From the IMG/VR virus record IMGVR_UViG_3300018429_000060, positions 27,307-91,306 of that record: a DNA stretch of 64,000 bases; one strand, 5' to 3'. Position 1 is the first letter of the stretch; every line of letters starts with the position of its first letter. The translations under genes were made by a program, and so were the position numbers. Positions 48,136-58,107 of this stretch are shown one piece after another. The DNA is from a virus. The notes beneath the pieces are model-generated. The model had not been told where the DNA came from. It did not search any database and saw only the letters and a program-made list of their open reading frames with translations.

Positions 48136-48459
48136 ATGAGCGGCGAACCGCCGGCCGCCGGCCCGGTCGACGAGGAGTCCGACCGCCCGCGACCCATCTG
48201 CTCGTGCCCCGGCCATGACGAGCAACACTGGACCCTCACCGCCCTGGCCCAGCTGCTGCGCGACCTCGACCGCTGCGACCACGGCCGCCACGAGGGTGAC
48301 TCGTGCTTCGACTGCCCCCAGGGCACGTCGACGGGCAACCCGCGGATGCCCGTCGGTCAGCGGATCGGCACCACCGTCCACGGCCGCGCCATCGTCATGC
48401 CGCCCCGCGGTGAACGACACGACCGCCGCTCCTGGACCCAGCCGCCGCCCGCTGGCTGA
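48136..48459 (+). CDS. Hypothetical Cys/His protein
   Basis: DLDRCDHGRHEGDSCFDC, GNP..GQRIGTT. Confidence 0.65.
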   Translation: MSGEPPAAGPVDEESDRPRPICSCPGHDEQHWTLTALAQLLRDLDRCDHGRHEGDSCFDCPQGTSTGNPRMPVGQRIGTTVHGRAIVMPPRGERHDRRSWTQPPPAG

Positions 48460-48745
48460 CCGCGGCCGGCTGATCAGCCGGCCGCGACACCGTCATGCCC
48501 ACACCTGCTCGCCGGGTGTGGGCACGTGGCTGTCGAGGCACCACAAGCAGGGTGGCCGCGCCGAGGTCATCGTGCGTTCGATACGGGACACCCTGGCGAG
48601 GGTGATGAAGGCGACCGCCGCGGCGACGTCCGCCACGGCGTAGGTGGTCGGGGTCCGTGTCGAGGAACGCCGCTGCTGCCAGGACTCCGAAGAAGGCCGC
48701 CAGCACGTACAGCAGCGCCTCGGCCACCGCCCGGCCACTGATCAC
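48395..48745 (-). CDS. Putative small membrane protein
   Basis: Hydrophobic N-terminus; a second TM-like segment lies in another frame (48493-48738), possible frameshift. Confidence 0.35.
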   Translation of the reverse strand: MISGRAVAEALLYVLAAFFGVLAAAAFLDTDPDHLRRGGRRRGGRLHHPRQGVPYRTHDDLGAATLLVVPRQPRAHTRRAGVGMTVSRPADQPAAVSQRAAAGSRSGGRVVHRGAA

Positions 48746-48969
48746 GGGGCATCGGTGCGGGGGCCGCAGCCGGCCGAGCGGGCGGCGGCCACCAGCCGGG
48801 CTTCCAGCTCCGGCGCGGACAGCGCGCTCACGTCGCCGAGGTCGATGAGCACGGGGTCACCGCCATCGGGGGTGACTCGGATCGTCGTGGCCCGGTCGTC
48901 CATGCCGGTGGGGGTCACGACCGCCACCGTCACGGTGCGCCTGCCTGGTTGGCCGTCCATGGTGCCCAT
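48742..48969 (-). CDS. Hypothetical protein
   Basis: Protein-like; GTGA coupling. Confidence 0.45.
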   Translation of the reverse strand: MGTMDGQPGRRTVTVAVVTPTGMDDRATTIRVTPDGGDPVLIDLGDVSALSAPELEARLVAAARSAGCGPRTDAP

Positions 48970-49173
48970 CATCGCGCGCCGGCGCACGACCCCGAATCCG
49001 GTACCGAATTCGGCGTCGCCCCCGACGTCGCGAATGGGCTATTTCGATCCCGTGTAAATCGACGCCTTTCGAACTGGCAATTGCGGGTACTGTCAATTAA
49101 GATTAGTGGTAGCAACAAAGCATCAAACCAGTTGAGAAGCGCCATTCCCATTGTGAGAGTGAAAGGACCTGTC

Positions 49174-50190
49174 ATGTCCGCCGATGTCGATTCAATGTTC
49201 AGCGTTCGCGAGGTGCCCTGGCACCGCGAGGGCATCGTCGTCCAGGAGTACCCCGGTACGTGGGCCGAGGCGCGCGAGCTCGCCGGCCTCGGCTGGGAGC
49301 CGCGGGTCGAGGGCCAGTACCGGCTCGTCGGCGTCAACGAGGACGGCACCCCGCACTTCGAGGAGGTGCCGGACTACAAGTACGTCGTCCACGGCGGCAC
49401 CAACGCCATCCTCCACTCGGCCACCAGCACCTACGAGCTGATCAGCCACGAGGACATGGGCGCGATCGTCGAGGCGATCCTGGAGACCCCGGAGGTCCGG
49501 TACGAGACCGCCGGCTCGCTCGGCGGCGGCAAGCGGGTGTGGGCGCTGGCCCAGCTCGGCGACCTCGTCGAGCTGCCGGGCGACCCGTCGCCCACCCGGC
49601 GGTACCTCGCGCTGATGAACAGCCACAACGAGACGTCCTCGCTGCGGGCCCTGGGGACGGGGGTGCGGATCGTGTGCGCGAACACCTGGCACGCCGCCGA
49701 CGTCGGCGCCGAGCGCTCCGGCACTGCGTACGCGTTCAAGCACACCAAGAACTGGAAGCTGCGGGTCAAGGAGGCCCGCGCCGCCGTCACCGCGGTGCAC
49801 GCCCATCACGACAAGTACATCGAGCGGGCGCGGGCGCTGCTGGCGATCCGGGTGACCAGCGCCCAGGTCGACGAGTTCATCAACGCGTTCGCCGTGGAGC
49901 GCACGCTGATGAACACCAACGTCCGCCGGGGCGACCTGGAGCAGTACCTGGCCGCGAAGCCCTACGTGGCCACCGGGATGGCCTCCACCGTGGCGTCGCT
50001 GCGGTCGATCATCGCGTCGCCGACCTGCGCGGGGCTGGAGCCGACGGCGTACCAGCTGGTGCAGGCCGCCGGCGAGTTCGCCGACCACGGGCGGCCGGCG
50101 CAGACGCCGGAGACCCACTTCACCCGCACCATGATCAACATCGAGCCGATGAAGAAGGTGGCGACCCAGCTGGTCCGCGCCTACGCCTGA
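49174..50190 (+). CDS. DUF932 (LGT_TIGR03299) family phage/plasmid protein
   Basis: MFSVREVPWH, ETAGSLGGGKRVW, NSH, VRIVCANT, KHT. Confidence 0.9.
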   Translation: MSADVDSMFSVREVPWHREGIVVQEYPGTWAEARELAGLGWEPRVEGQYRLVGVNEDGTPHFEEVPDYKYVVHGGTNAILHSATSTYELISHEDMGAIVEAILETPEVRYETAGSLGGGKRVWALAQLGDLVELPGDPSPTRRYLALMNSHNETSSLRALGTGVRIVCANTWHAADVGAERSGTAYAFKHTKNWKLRVKEARAAVTAVHAHHDKYIERARALLAIRVTSAQVDEFINAFAVERTLMNTNVRRGDLEQYLAAKPYVATGMASTVASLRSIIASPTCAGLEPTAYQLVQAAGEFADHGRPAQTPETHFTRTMINIEPMKKVATQLVRAYA

Positions 50191-50266
50191 CCCCGCCGGT
50201 GTCCGGGGGGTGGCGCCACCGGCGCCACCCCGGACACCATCACCCCCTCGCAGAGATGAGCACCCG

Positions 50267-50473
50267 ATGACCACCGCCACCGCCGGCGACCCCGGCGTCC
50301 TCGACGTCCACATCCAGATCCAGCAGCCCGACACCGCAGGCGGGCCGACCATCGCCAGCTACCACAACGGCACCGACATCCACACCGTCGACCTGGCCGC
50401 CGTCGACGCCGCCTGGATGGCCGCGCTGCACGCCGCCCTGGAGCGCGTCGAGAACCTGTTCCTCGTCGTCTGA
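50267..50473 (+). CDS. Small hypothetical protein
   Basis: ATG after intergenic hairpin. Confidence 0.5.
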   Translation: MTTATAGDPGVLDVHIQIQQPDTAGGPTIASYHNGTDIHTVDLAAVDAAWMAALHAALERVENLFLVV

Positions 50474-50756
50474 CCGGCTCCCATCCGCACGTGCTCCAGG
50501 GCCGCCGTCGAGCCGCCCGGCACGTGCCGGCGGGGTGCTGCCAGCCGCTCCCAGGCTGACAGCACCCCGCCGCTCGGCGTTGCGGTACCGTCCGGGCCAG
50601 GGACGGTGCGCGCTCCATTGCGGCAACCCGGTGTCACGCACCACGGTTCGATCGAAGCGACACCACTCCGCGCGCCGTCCCCCTCCTCGCCCCCCGCCGC
50701 GCCGGCCGCCGGGCCGGGCCGGGTGAAGCCCCTTACCTCGCGCCGCCGCGGCGTGG

Positions 50757-51524
50757 TTGCATCGACCAGCGCAACCCTCGCGGCCCGACCGCGACGACAC
50801 CACGGTGGCCGCGCTGCACGAGATGGTGATGACCATGTTCCGCCCGGCCGGGGCGCCGCTGCAGCTGCGCTGCCCGGCCACCACGGCGTTTCAGCAGCTG
50901 TGGCAGGTCACCACCGAGACGATGTCGTCGGCCTGGTGTGACCGGTTCGCCGCCGACTACGCGCGGTTCCTGTGCGCGACGATCCGCGAGATCCAGACCC
51001 GGCACCAGGTCCTCGATCGCGACAGCTACCTGGCGTTGCGCCGCGAGACCGGCGGCGTGCTGCACCTCACCGACCAGATCGAGTGGGTCGGCCGGTTCGA
51101 GCTGCCGCCGCAGGTGGCCACCCAGCCGACGATCACCGAGCTGCGGTCGGTGGTGGCCGACGTCGTGGCCTGGATCAACGACGTGCAGTCGGTGGAGCGG
51201 GAGCTGGCCCGCGGCGACCGGACGCACAACCTGGTGCTGGTGGTCGAGGCCGACCGGGGCTGCGGCCGCGAGCAGGCGATCGCCGAGGTGGTGGCGATGA
51301 CCACGCTGGCACTGCGCCGGGTCGACGAGCTCGTCGACGCGGTGTCGGCGCTGTGCGGCCAGCTGGGCCTGGCGGGCGAGTACCGCCGGCGGGTCGAGCG
51401 CTACGTGGTGGGCTGCCAGGACGTGATCGCCGGCTACTACGACTGGTCGGGGCGGTCGTCGCGCTACGGGCCGCCGGCCGGCGCCGCGCCGGTGGTCGAC
51501 GACCTGCTCACCAGCGGTGCGTGA
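50757..51524 (+). pseudogene. Class I terpene synthase, N-terminally truncated
   Basis: YLALRRETGG (pyrophosphate sensor R), NDVQSVERE (NSE), HNLVLV, WSGRSSRY; no DDxxD helix. Confidence 0.7.
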
Positions 51525-51547
51525 CTGTCGGTCATCGTCGATAGGCT

Positions 51548-52000
51548 GTGCGTGTGCAGACCGATCACGAGCAGCAGCTGCTGGCCGACCGTGTCCAGCG
51601 TTGGCGTGCCGCGGGCCTGATGGTCGTCGAGCTGCCCGACGGCAGCGGTGTCGAGTTCCCGCTGGGTGACGGGGCCAGGCTGATCTTCCGCCCGCACTGC
51701 GGTGAGCGTGGTCAGACCTGGCTGGTGTGGACCGAGGCGCAGCCGGTCGCCCCCGCCGCCGACGGGGCCGACGCCGGCGACGGGCTCACTCCCGCCGCCG
51801 TGCTGGTGGAGGTGGACCGCGAGGTCGAGCTGACCGGGCTGGACGTGCCCGCGGCGGTCGGCGCGCTGCTGGTGATCCACGCCAGTGGGCATCCGCGGCA
51901 GCTGGACGCGATGCACCGGGCGTTGGTGAGCGGCACCGACGCCGCCGAGTACCACCTCGGCGCCGGCCGGCTCGGCGCCCGGCACATCTATCCGGCCTGA
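51548..52000 (+). CDS. Hypothetical protein
   Basis: Protein-like frame. Confidence 0.5.
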   Translation: MRVQTDHEQQLLADRVQRWRAAGLMVVELPDGSGVEFPLGDGARLIFRPHCGERGQTWLVWTEAQPVAPAADGADAGDGLTPAAVLVEVDREVELTGLDVPAAVGALLVIHASGHPRQLDAMHRALVSGTDAAEYHLGAGRLGARHIYPA

Positions 52001-52250
52001 AATTCCCCGGCGGCGACGATGCGCGATTCGTGAAAGTGCGTCTGCCGGCCTGTAGTTGGTGATTGTTAGTGGGCATCGTGGGTGTCCGCGAGTCGCGAGG
52101 CCAGGTGACCTGGGGCAAGGCCGGGAGCCTGGCCTTTCGCCTGTCCGCGGGGTGGTAATGGGGCGTTAATGGCGCCGGTAACCATTCCCACAAATGGTAG
52201 GTAATTGTGATATGATTACTGTACCAGTTGAGAGCAAAGGACCACTCCCC

Positions 52251-52967
52251 ATGCACAGCGTCATTCTTCGGCTCTACGACCACGGCCGTTATCGCTTCGA
52301 CCCGCTGCCCGCGGTGGCGCTGCCCACCCACATCGCGGCGAACCAGGTACGCCCGCCCGCCGCCCAGCTCGGCGTCGAGCCCGGCACGACCGTCCAGGCC
52401 GTCGTCCGCGACGAGACCGGCGCCGAGATCGACTGGGCGCTGGTCTCAGCCGTGGCCGCCGACCCCAACGTCACCCTGCCCGCCGCGACCCCGATGCACC
52501 GCGCGGACATCGTGGACTGGATCGACCCCACCGCCGCGACGCCGCTGGGCGGGGTGCTCACCGCCCCCAGCGTCACCCTGTCCATCGGCGAGCTCACCCC
52601 TGGCGGCGTCCCCGGTGTCGCCGGCGTGATCACCGGTGTGCGGTTCAGCCACACCGCGACCTGCCTCGGCTGCGGCACCTGCACCGCCGTCTACACCGAC
52701 GGCGGGGAGATCCGCGCCGGCCTGCAGCTGTGCGACCGCCGCACCGCGCGCTGGTACTACCGCGAGCACGTGCAGGCCGAGCCGCTGCTGCCCGACACCT
52801 GCCTGAACCCGGCCTGCGGCCGCACCGACTGGCCGTTCCGCGGCAGCGAGGTCCTGGTGGGCATCGCCGGCGCGGCCACCCGCGAGCTGATCAACGACAT
52901 CTGGTCCGCCGCCCGCGTGAAGCACCCCGAGCAGGCCGCGCTGGCCGACCAGCACGCCGCCCGCTGA
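52251..52967 (+). CDS. Hypothetical zinc-binding protein
   Basis: AAAGGA RBS; CLGC, CLNPAC; class A promoter. Confidence 0.65.
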   Translation: MHSVILRLYDHGRYRFDPLPAVALPTHIAANQVRPPAAQLGVEPGTTVQAVVRDETGAEIDWALVSAVAADPNVTLPAATPMHRADIVDWIDPTAATPLGGVLTAPSVTLSIGELTPGGVPGVAGVITGVRFSHTATCLGCGTCTAVYTDGGEIRAGLQLCDRRTARWYYREHVQAEPLLPDTCLNPACGRTDWPFRGSEVLVGIAGAATRELINDIWSAARVKHPEQAALADQHAAR

Positions 52968-53009
52968 CCCCCACCACCCGCAAGGCCCCCGAGAGAGGAC
53001 ACGCCGATC

Positions 53010-53351
53010 ATGACCATGACCCTGCTGGACGAGGTGACCGAGACCGGTGCCGGCGGTCGCCAGCGCTACAGCCTGACCCGCGTCTACCGCAGCGAGACCG
53101 GCCTCACCGTGCGCGTGGACGTGCGCCGCGACTGCTACGAGCACCAGTCGAGCGCCGTCGCGGAGCTGCTGACCCTCGGCGCCGGTTGGCGCCCGCTGCT
53201 GGACACGCCGCCGGGCGGCTGGTTCCTCGACACCGACCGCCCCGGCACCCACAACCGGTCCGCCACCACCGACGGTGTCCTGGCCCAGCTCGGGCCGGTC
53301 GCCGACGCGCTGGTCGACCGCGCGGCGATCGTGCTGGCGGACCTCCGATGA
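53010..53351 (+). CDS. Hypothetical protein
   Basis: GAGAGGA RBS; VRVDVRRDCYEHQSSAVAE. Confidence 0.65.
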   Translation: MTMTLLDEVTETGAGGRQRYSLTRVYRSETGLTVRVDVRRDCYEHQSSAVAELLTLGAGWRPLLDTPPGGWFLDTDRPGTHNRSATTDGVLAQLGPVADALVDRAAIVLADLR

Positions 53352-53674
53352 GCGCGGTGACCGCCACGCCGGCACTGGACGGCGTGGCGGCCCCGCTGGG
53401 CGAGCTGGCCGACATCCAGTACTCCAGCCCCAGCGGGCGTTTCGTCAGCAGCAGCTGGCTGCCCGCCGACCAGCTGGCCGTCGGCCAGCTGGTCCGCGAC
53501 GCCGGCGGCTGGGCCGTGATCACCGCCGTCGGGGTGGCCCCGGTGCCGGCCGTGCGGCTGCTCACCCATACCGGCGACACCGTGCACACCCTCGCGCCCG
53601 GCGGACTCGAGGTCCGCTCCGACGGCCACATCGACCCCTCGACCCTCCCGACCCCCGGAGCCGGCCATGTGTGA
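53348..53674 (+). CDS. Hypothetical protein
   Basis: ATGA coupling. Confidence 0.55.
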   Translation: MSAVTATPALDGVAAPLGELADIQYSSPSGRFVSSSWLPADQLAVGQLVRDAGGWAVITAVGVAPVPAVRLLTHTGDTVHTLAPGGLEVRSDGHIDPSTLPTPGAGHV

Positions 53675-53918
53675 ACCCGAACTCGACCGCGCGGAGCTGG
53701 AGCTCGCCTACAACGTGACGCTGCCCGCCCGGTTCATCCCGACCGAGGTGTTCCCCGGCATCGACGGCGGCGCCGGCGGTGACGGCGGTGAGTGCACCGT
53801 CGTCGCCGGCATCGACGCCGGCGGTGCGGCCCTGTTCTGCCTGACCTGCGAGGCGTCCGGGATCGCCGAGGGTCTGCTCGACCACGACGCCGTCCAGAAC
53901 TGGCACTCCTGCCTCTGA
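53667..53918 (+). CDS. Hypothetical protein
   Basis: GGAG RBS; overlap with previous gene. Confidence 0.55.
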   Translation: MCEPELDRAELELAYNVTLPARFIPTEVFPGIDGGAGGDGGECTVVAGIDAGGAALFCLTCEASGIAEGLLDHDAVQNWHSCL

Positions 53919-53942
53919 CCCTGAAAGGGGACCGTGATCCGC

Positions 53943-54605
53943 ATGTCCGACCCGAAGGCCACCACGGCGCCGACCGCGCCGGAGCTGGCCGAGACGATCC
54001 TCGCGGTACTCGACGCTGCAGCCTGGCCGCTGTCCACCACGGAGGTGGCCGACGCCGTCCAGGAGCGGGTGCGCCGGCGCCACGGCGCAACCGAGATCGC
54101 GCAGCAGCTGCGCCGGCTGCCCACCGTGAGCGGCGTGAAGGGCGCCGAGGCGGCCGCTGTCCACGTGCCGGCGCCGGACGCGCGCCGCTGGTACTGGTCC
54201 ACTCCCGAGACCCTGCGGCGGGCCCAGGCCAACCACGACGCCGTGCAGGCCCTGTCGGCGGCCGCGTTCGCCGCACACGAGCTGCTGCGGCCGGTCGCCC
54301 GTGACCACGGCGGCTCCGTCTGGTGCAGCGCGCGGCTCGTCGGCCTGACCTGGTCGGCCGAGCACATCGACGTGCTGCTGGGGGCGTTGCGCGCCGGTGG
54401 GGTGCTCCCCCGGCCGCTGTGCGACGCCTGCTACCGGGAGGCCACCGGTGGGCCGGCGCGGTGTGAGGACGGCTGCTGCCGCGACCTGGACCACACCGGC
54501 ACCTGCTTCCTGACCGGCTACGGCGGCGAGTCCTGCGACCGGTGCGGCGCGGTCGGTCGGCTCAGTGTCGCCGCGATGGCCGACGGCGCCCCTTACCCCC
54601 TCTGA
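53943..54605 (+). CDS. Hypothetical protein (wHTH-like N-terminus, Cys-rich C-terminus)
   Basis: ILAVL..PLSTTEVA; multiple CxxC. Confidence 0.6.
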   Translation: MSDPKATTAPTAPELAETILAVLDAAAWPLSTTEVADAVQERVRRRHGATEIAQQLRRLPTVSGVKGAEAAAVHVPAPDARRWYWSTPETLRRAQANHDAVQALSAAAFAAHELLRPVARDHGGSVWCSARLVGLTWSAEHIDVLLGALRAGGVLPRPLCDACYREATGGPARCEDGCCRDLDHTGTCFLTGYGGESCDRCGAVGRLSVAAMADGAPYPL

Positions 54606-54695
54606 CCTGGGAAAACGCTGCCCCCAAACGACCAGTACGGTAAGTAAGTGTGATATGATTACCGTATCAACCAAGAAATACCACGGAGGTTCTGC

Positions 54696-55103
54696 ATGTC
54701 CGCACCCACCGCACCCACCGCCTGGTACCACGGCCGGGCCCACCGCGCCGGCGAGACCGCCCAGGTGCTCGTCACCGACCACCCCGAGCCCGGCGCCGGC
54801 ACCGTGCTGCGCGCCGTGATCCACATCCCCCGGCACTCGCCCACCGGCATGGCCTGGGGCTACCTCGGCTCCGGCGCGGCCGACCTCGCGCTCTCCGTCC
54901 TCGTCGACGCGGTGTGGCAGGGCCAGCCGCCCTGCCCCTGCGTCCTGGAGAACCGGTCGATCGACGGCGCCTGCCTGGACTGCGGCACCCCGCGGCTGCC
55001 CTACCAGGAGTTCAAGGAGCAGTTCGTCGCCACCTGGCCCGAGGACGGCGCCTGGGCGCTGCCCGCGGCCGAGCTCCGCGCGTGGCTGACGGAGCCTCGG
55101 TGA
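54696..55103 (+). CDS. DUF6166-like protein
   Basis: HSPTGMAWGYLGSGAADLALSVL, YQEFK..FVA. Confidence 0.75.
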   Translation: MSAPTAPTAWYHGRAHRAGETAQVLVTDHPEPGAGTVLRAVIHIPRHSPTGMAWGYLGSGAADLALSVLVDAVWQGQPPCPCVLENRSIDGACLDCGTPRLPYQEFKEQFVATWPEDGAWALPAAELRAWLTEPR

Positions 55104-55873
55104 CCACCGAGACCACGACCGACGTTCCCGCCGCCGCCGGCGGCGGGAACGTCGCCGCCCGGCTCGCCCGGCTGCGCGCGGTCGCGGCCGCCGAGGCCGC
55201 CGCCGGCGACGGCACCCCACTGGCCGAGCACGGCCAACTCTGCGGCGGCTACATCGACGGCCGCATGGTGCACATCCACCTCGACGCCGACGGCACCCTG
55301 GTCATCGACGTCGAGACCGAGTACACCGACCGGCCGAAGCCGATCGTCGTCGTCCACAACGACGAGGAGGTGTGGACCGGCGCGACCCCGGTGCACCCCG
55401 AGCCCGCCCACGGTGACGAGGGACAGCCAGCCATGACGACCGGCGACCCGCCCGCCCCGACGGCCGACCAGGCCCCCGTCGCGGCGCGAGCCCGGCCGGC
55501 GCAGGGCTGGGCCACCTACGGCTGGATCGTCACCAGGGACGTCCTCGCCGAGGACCCCGAGCACGCCGCCGGCTCCAGCGTCGGCGTCATGGGCCCGCGC
55601 ACCATCGACCCCGCGATCGAGGCCCGCCTGATCGCCGGGGAGGGCCGCCGGTGGCGGACCCTGTTCGACGTCGACTACGACGGCCACCCGCGCGAGGAGC
55701 GGGTGGCGCACGAGGGCCGGTACCTGGAGTGCGACGAGGACGACCTCGACGGCCGCGACCAGCGCGACGCCGGAGGGGAGGGCTTCGCCCCGCTGTGGGA
55801 CTTCTCCCAACCCGACTCCGGCGCGGTGGAGATCGAGTACTACACCGAGGCCGGCGAGTGGGAGACGCTGTAG
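55100..55873 (+). CDS. Hypothetical protein (possible internal start 55433)
   Basis: GTGA coupling; ends FAPLWDF..PDSGAVEIEY..WETL. Confidence 0.6.
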   Translation: MTTETTTDVPAAAGGGNVAARLARLRAVAAAEAAAGDGTPLAEHGQLCGGYIDGRMVHIHLDADGTLVIDVETEYTDRPKPIVVVHNDEEVWTGATPVHPEPAHGDEGQPAMTTGDPPAPTADQAPVAARARPAQGWATYGWIVTRDVLAEDPEHAAGSSVGVMGPRTIDPAIEARLIAGEGRRWRTLFDVDYDGHPREERVAHEGRYLECDEDDLDGRDQRDAGGEGFAPLWDFSQPDSGAVEIEYYTEAGEWETL

Positions 55874-55890
55874 CGCGCGATGACCGGAAA

Positions 55891-55934
55891 GAAATGGGCG
55901 CCGACAATTCACCCGTCGGCGCCCATTTCCTTTT
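55891..55934 (+). terminator. Intrinsic terminator-like hairpin
   Basis: GAAATGGGCGCCGAC / GTCGGCGCCCATTTC followed by CTTTT. Confidence 0.65.
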
Positions 55935-56005
55935 CCACTATTCACCGAGCGCGACGTGATCATGATATGATTACCATATCAGCCCGAAAGAAAGGGGACT
56001 TCGTC

Positions 56006-56602
56006 ATGCCCGTCGCCACCGCACCCACCGCACCCACCGCGCCCGCCGGCACCGAGACCGAGCGCGAGGCGGCCCAGCTGCAGCGTGCTGTCGCACACCT
56101 CGAGGCGGTGATCGCCGCGGCGAAGCAGCGCACCCCGAACCGGCGCACCTCCACCCTCACCACCGCCACCGTGGACCTGCCCGCGCCCTACGCCAAGGAG
56201 CAGCGACTGCTGCTCGGCCAGGTCGCCGCAGCCCAGTGCGTCATGGCCGTCGGCACCGGCACCGTCGCCGCCACCGAGTACCGCCGCGGCGCCTCCGCGC
56301 TGCTGCTGGGCTTCGCCCCCGACGTCACCCGCACCCAGCAGCGCTACACCGTGGTGCTCGCGGCCGCGGTCGCCGCGATGCGCGCGGCCACCCCGGCCGC
56401 CGGCGAGGACGTCGCCACCTACCGCAGCTCGTTCCTGCTGGGCTTCCGTCTCGGCCTCGCCGGCACCTTCGACCAGGAGACGGTCACCACCGCGGTGGCC
56501 ACCCCCGAGGCCAAGGCCAGCGGCGTGTGGCTGCGCTCCACCGGCAGCGGCGCCTGGGCCGGCTACACCGCCGGCCGCGCCTTCCTCGCCACCCCGGAAT
56601 AG
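56006..56602 (+). CDS. Paralogue of the C-terminal domain of the DUF2786 protein
   Basis: PYAKE..LLG.VA, GF..D, ATYRSS.LLGFR shared with 58108-58842. Confidence 0.7.
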   Translation: MPVATAPTAPTAPAGTETEREAAQLQRAVAHLEAVIAAAKQRTPNRRTSTLTTATVDLPAPYAKEQRLLLGQVAAAQCVMAVGTGTVAATEYRRGASALLLGFAPDVTRTQQRYTVVLAAAVAAMRAATPAAGEDVATYRSSFLLGFRLGLAGTFDQETVTTAVATPEAKASGVWLRSTGSGAWAGYTAGRAFLATPE

Positions 56603-56721
56603 GGCAGGAACACACCAATAATAGCGACCAAAACAGGCCCAACAAATGGCCTTAAGGGCGCAATTATTGATATGATCAATGGGTCGAACAAAAGCGAATT
56701 CATCGAGTTGAGGAGAAGGAC

Positions 56722-57018
56722 ATGGCCGGTTTCGTCGTCACTGTTCAGATGGCACAGCGCGAACTCGGAGTGGGCGACATCAGGGTATTCGGCCCGTTCG
56801 CCGAGCGCTCGGAGGCCGAGACGTTCGCCGAACTCTGCGACACCTTCGGCCTGGGCTACCAGGACTGGGATCCGAGCTACGTCACCTGCACCAGCATCTC
56901 CGAGATCGAGCCCGCCACCGTGGCCGACCTGGCCCGGCACTTCGACCTCGCCACCGAGGACGGCGACGGCAACCCCGTCACGGACACCCAGGGCAACCCC
57001 GTCGCCGCCCACGCCTAA
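56722..57018 (+). CDS. Hypothetical acidic protein
   Basis: GAGGAGAAGG RBS; promoter upstream. Confidence 0.7.
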   Translation: MAGFVVTVQMAQRELGVGDIRVFGPFAERSEAETFAELCDTFGLGYQDWDPSYVTCTSISEIEPATVADLARHFDLATEDGDGNPVTDTQGNPVAAHA

Positions 57019-57078
57019 CCGGGTGCGCGCGGGGGCTTGTCCCCGCGCGCACCCGCCCACCCGTGAGAGGACCCGATC

Positions 57079-57576
57079 ATGACCCGCCCCACCGACTTGG
57101 AGATGTCCCAGCTGCTGCTCACCCGCCAGCTCGACCTCGTCCGCGCCGCCGGCTACCCCATCACGAGCGGCCTGTTCGCCACGCGCACCCCGACCGAGCT
57201 GCGCCTGCTGCAGCTGGCCGGCGAGCTGGCCACCGCGATCGCCCTGGAGCAGCAGGCCAGAGCCGGCGCCGTGCCCGTCACCGTCTACGACGCCACCACC
57301 GGCGTCGACCTCGTCGTCGACGCGGCCCTGCTGACCGACCACGTGACCGCCTGCCGGGCGGTCCTCACCACCGCGGCGGGCGACGCGGCCGCCGCGCCCG
57401 AGCCGACGGCGCAGGAGCGGCAGTTCCGCGAGCTGGCCCTGGTGGCCGCCGGACAGGCGCAGGCCATCGCCGAGAACACCGTGACCGGTTCCCGCTCCGG
57501 CGCCGTGGCGCGGCTGGCCTGCAACGTCACCACCCTGACCGCCTGGTCACAACCCGGCGCCGACGGTGCCCGGTGA
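57079..57576 (+). CDS. Hypothetical protein
   Basis: GAGAGGA RBS. Confidence 0.6.
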   Translation: MTRPTDLEMSQLLLTRQLDLVRAAGYPITSGLFATRTPTELRLLQLAGELATAIALEQQARAGAVPVTVYDATTGVDLVVDAALLTDHVTACRAVLTTAAGDAAAAPEPTAQERQFRELALVAAGQAQAIAENTVTGSRSGAVARLACNVTTLTAWSQPGADGAR

Positions 57577-57947
57577 GCGGCCGCGACGCCGACGGCGCGC
57601 GGATCGCCCAGGACCGCGCGTGGGCCGACAGCGTCCGCGACCACGTCGACGCCGGCGCCAGGGACCTCGGCCACACCCTGGCGTGGGAGCTCGGACCGTG
57701 TGCGCTGGTACCGGGCCACGCCTACCACTGGGTCGGCGTGTGTGGGGACTGCGGGGCGACGGCCAGCGCCAGCGCCGGGTCGAGCTCCTGCCCCGGTGTC
57801 CGCGACGCCCGCCACGAGCGGTGCAGTGGGCCCGGCACGGCGCTGCTCACCCAGATCGAGACCGACCGCGTCCGTGAGCTGATGGCCGCCGCCGTGGTGG
57901 AGTTCGTCGCCGAGCTGCTGGCCGGCCCGGACCCGACCGGCGAGTAA
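57573..57947 (+). CDS. Hypothetical protein
   Basis: GTGA coupling; CGDC. Confidence 0.5.
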   Translation: MSGRDADGARIAQDRAWADSVRDHVDAGARDLGHTLAWELGPCALVPGHAYHWVGVCGDCGATASASAGSSSCPGVRDARHERCSGPGTALLTQIETDRVRELMAAAVVEFVAELLAGPDPTGE

Positions 57948-58107
57948 CCCACCTCCCGCTCCCTGGGCGGCGCGCCCCCCGTCGCGGGTGCTCCATCCCG
58001 CCTCTGACCTGCACAGATACCACACTGAGCGGGTAAGTAACTGTGATATGATTACCGTATCAACCAGTTGAGAAGTCCCATTCGCCCCCCGTGGAAGGAA
58101 CACCAGG

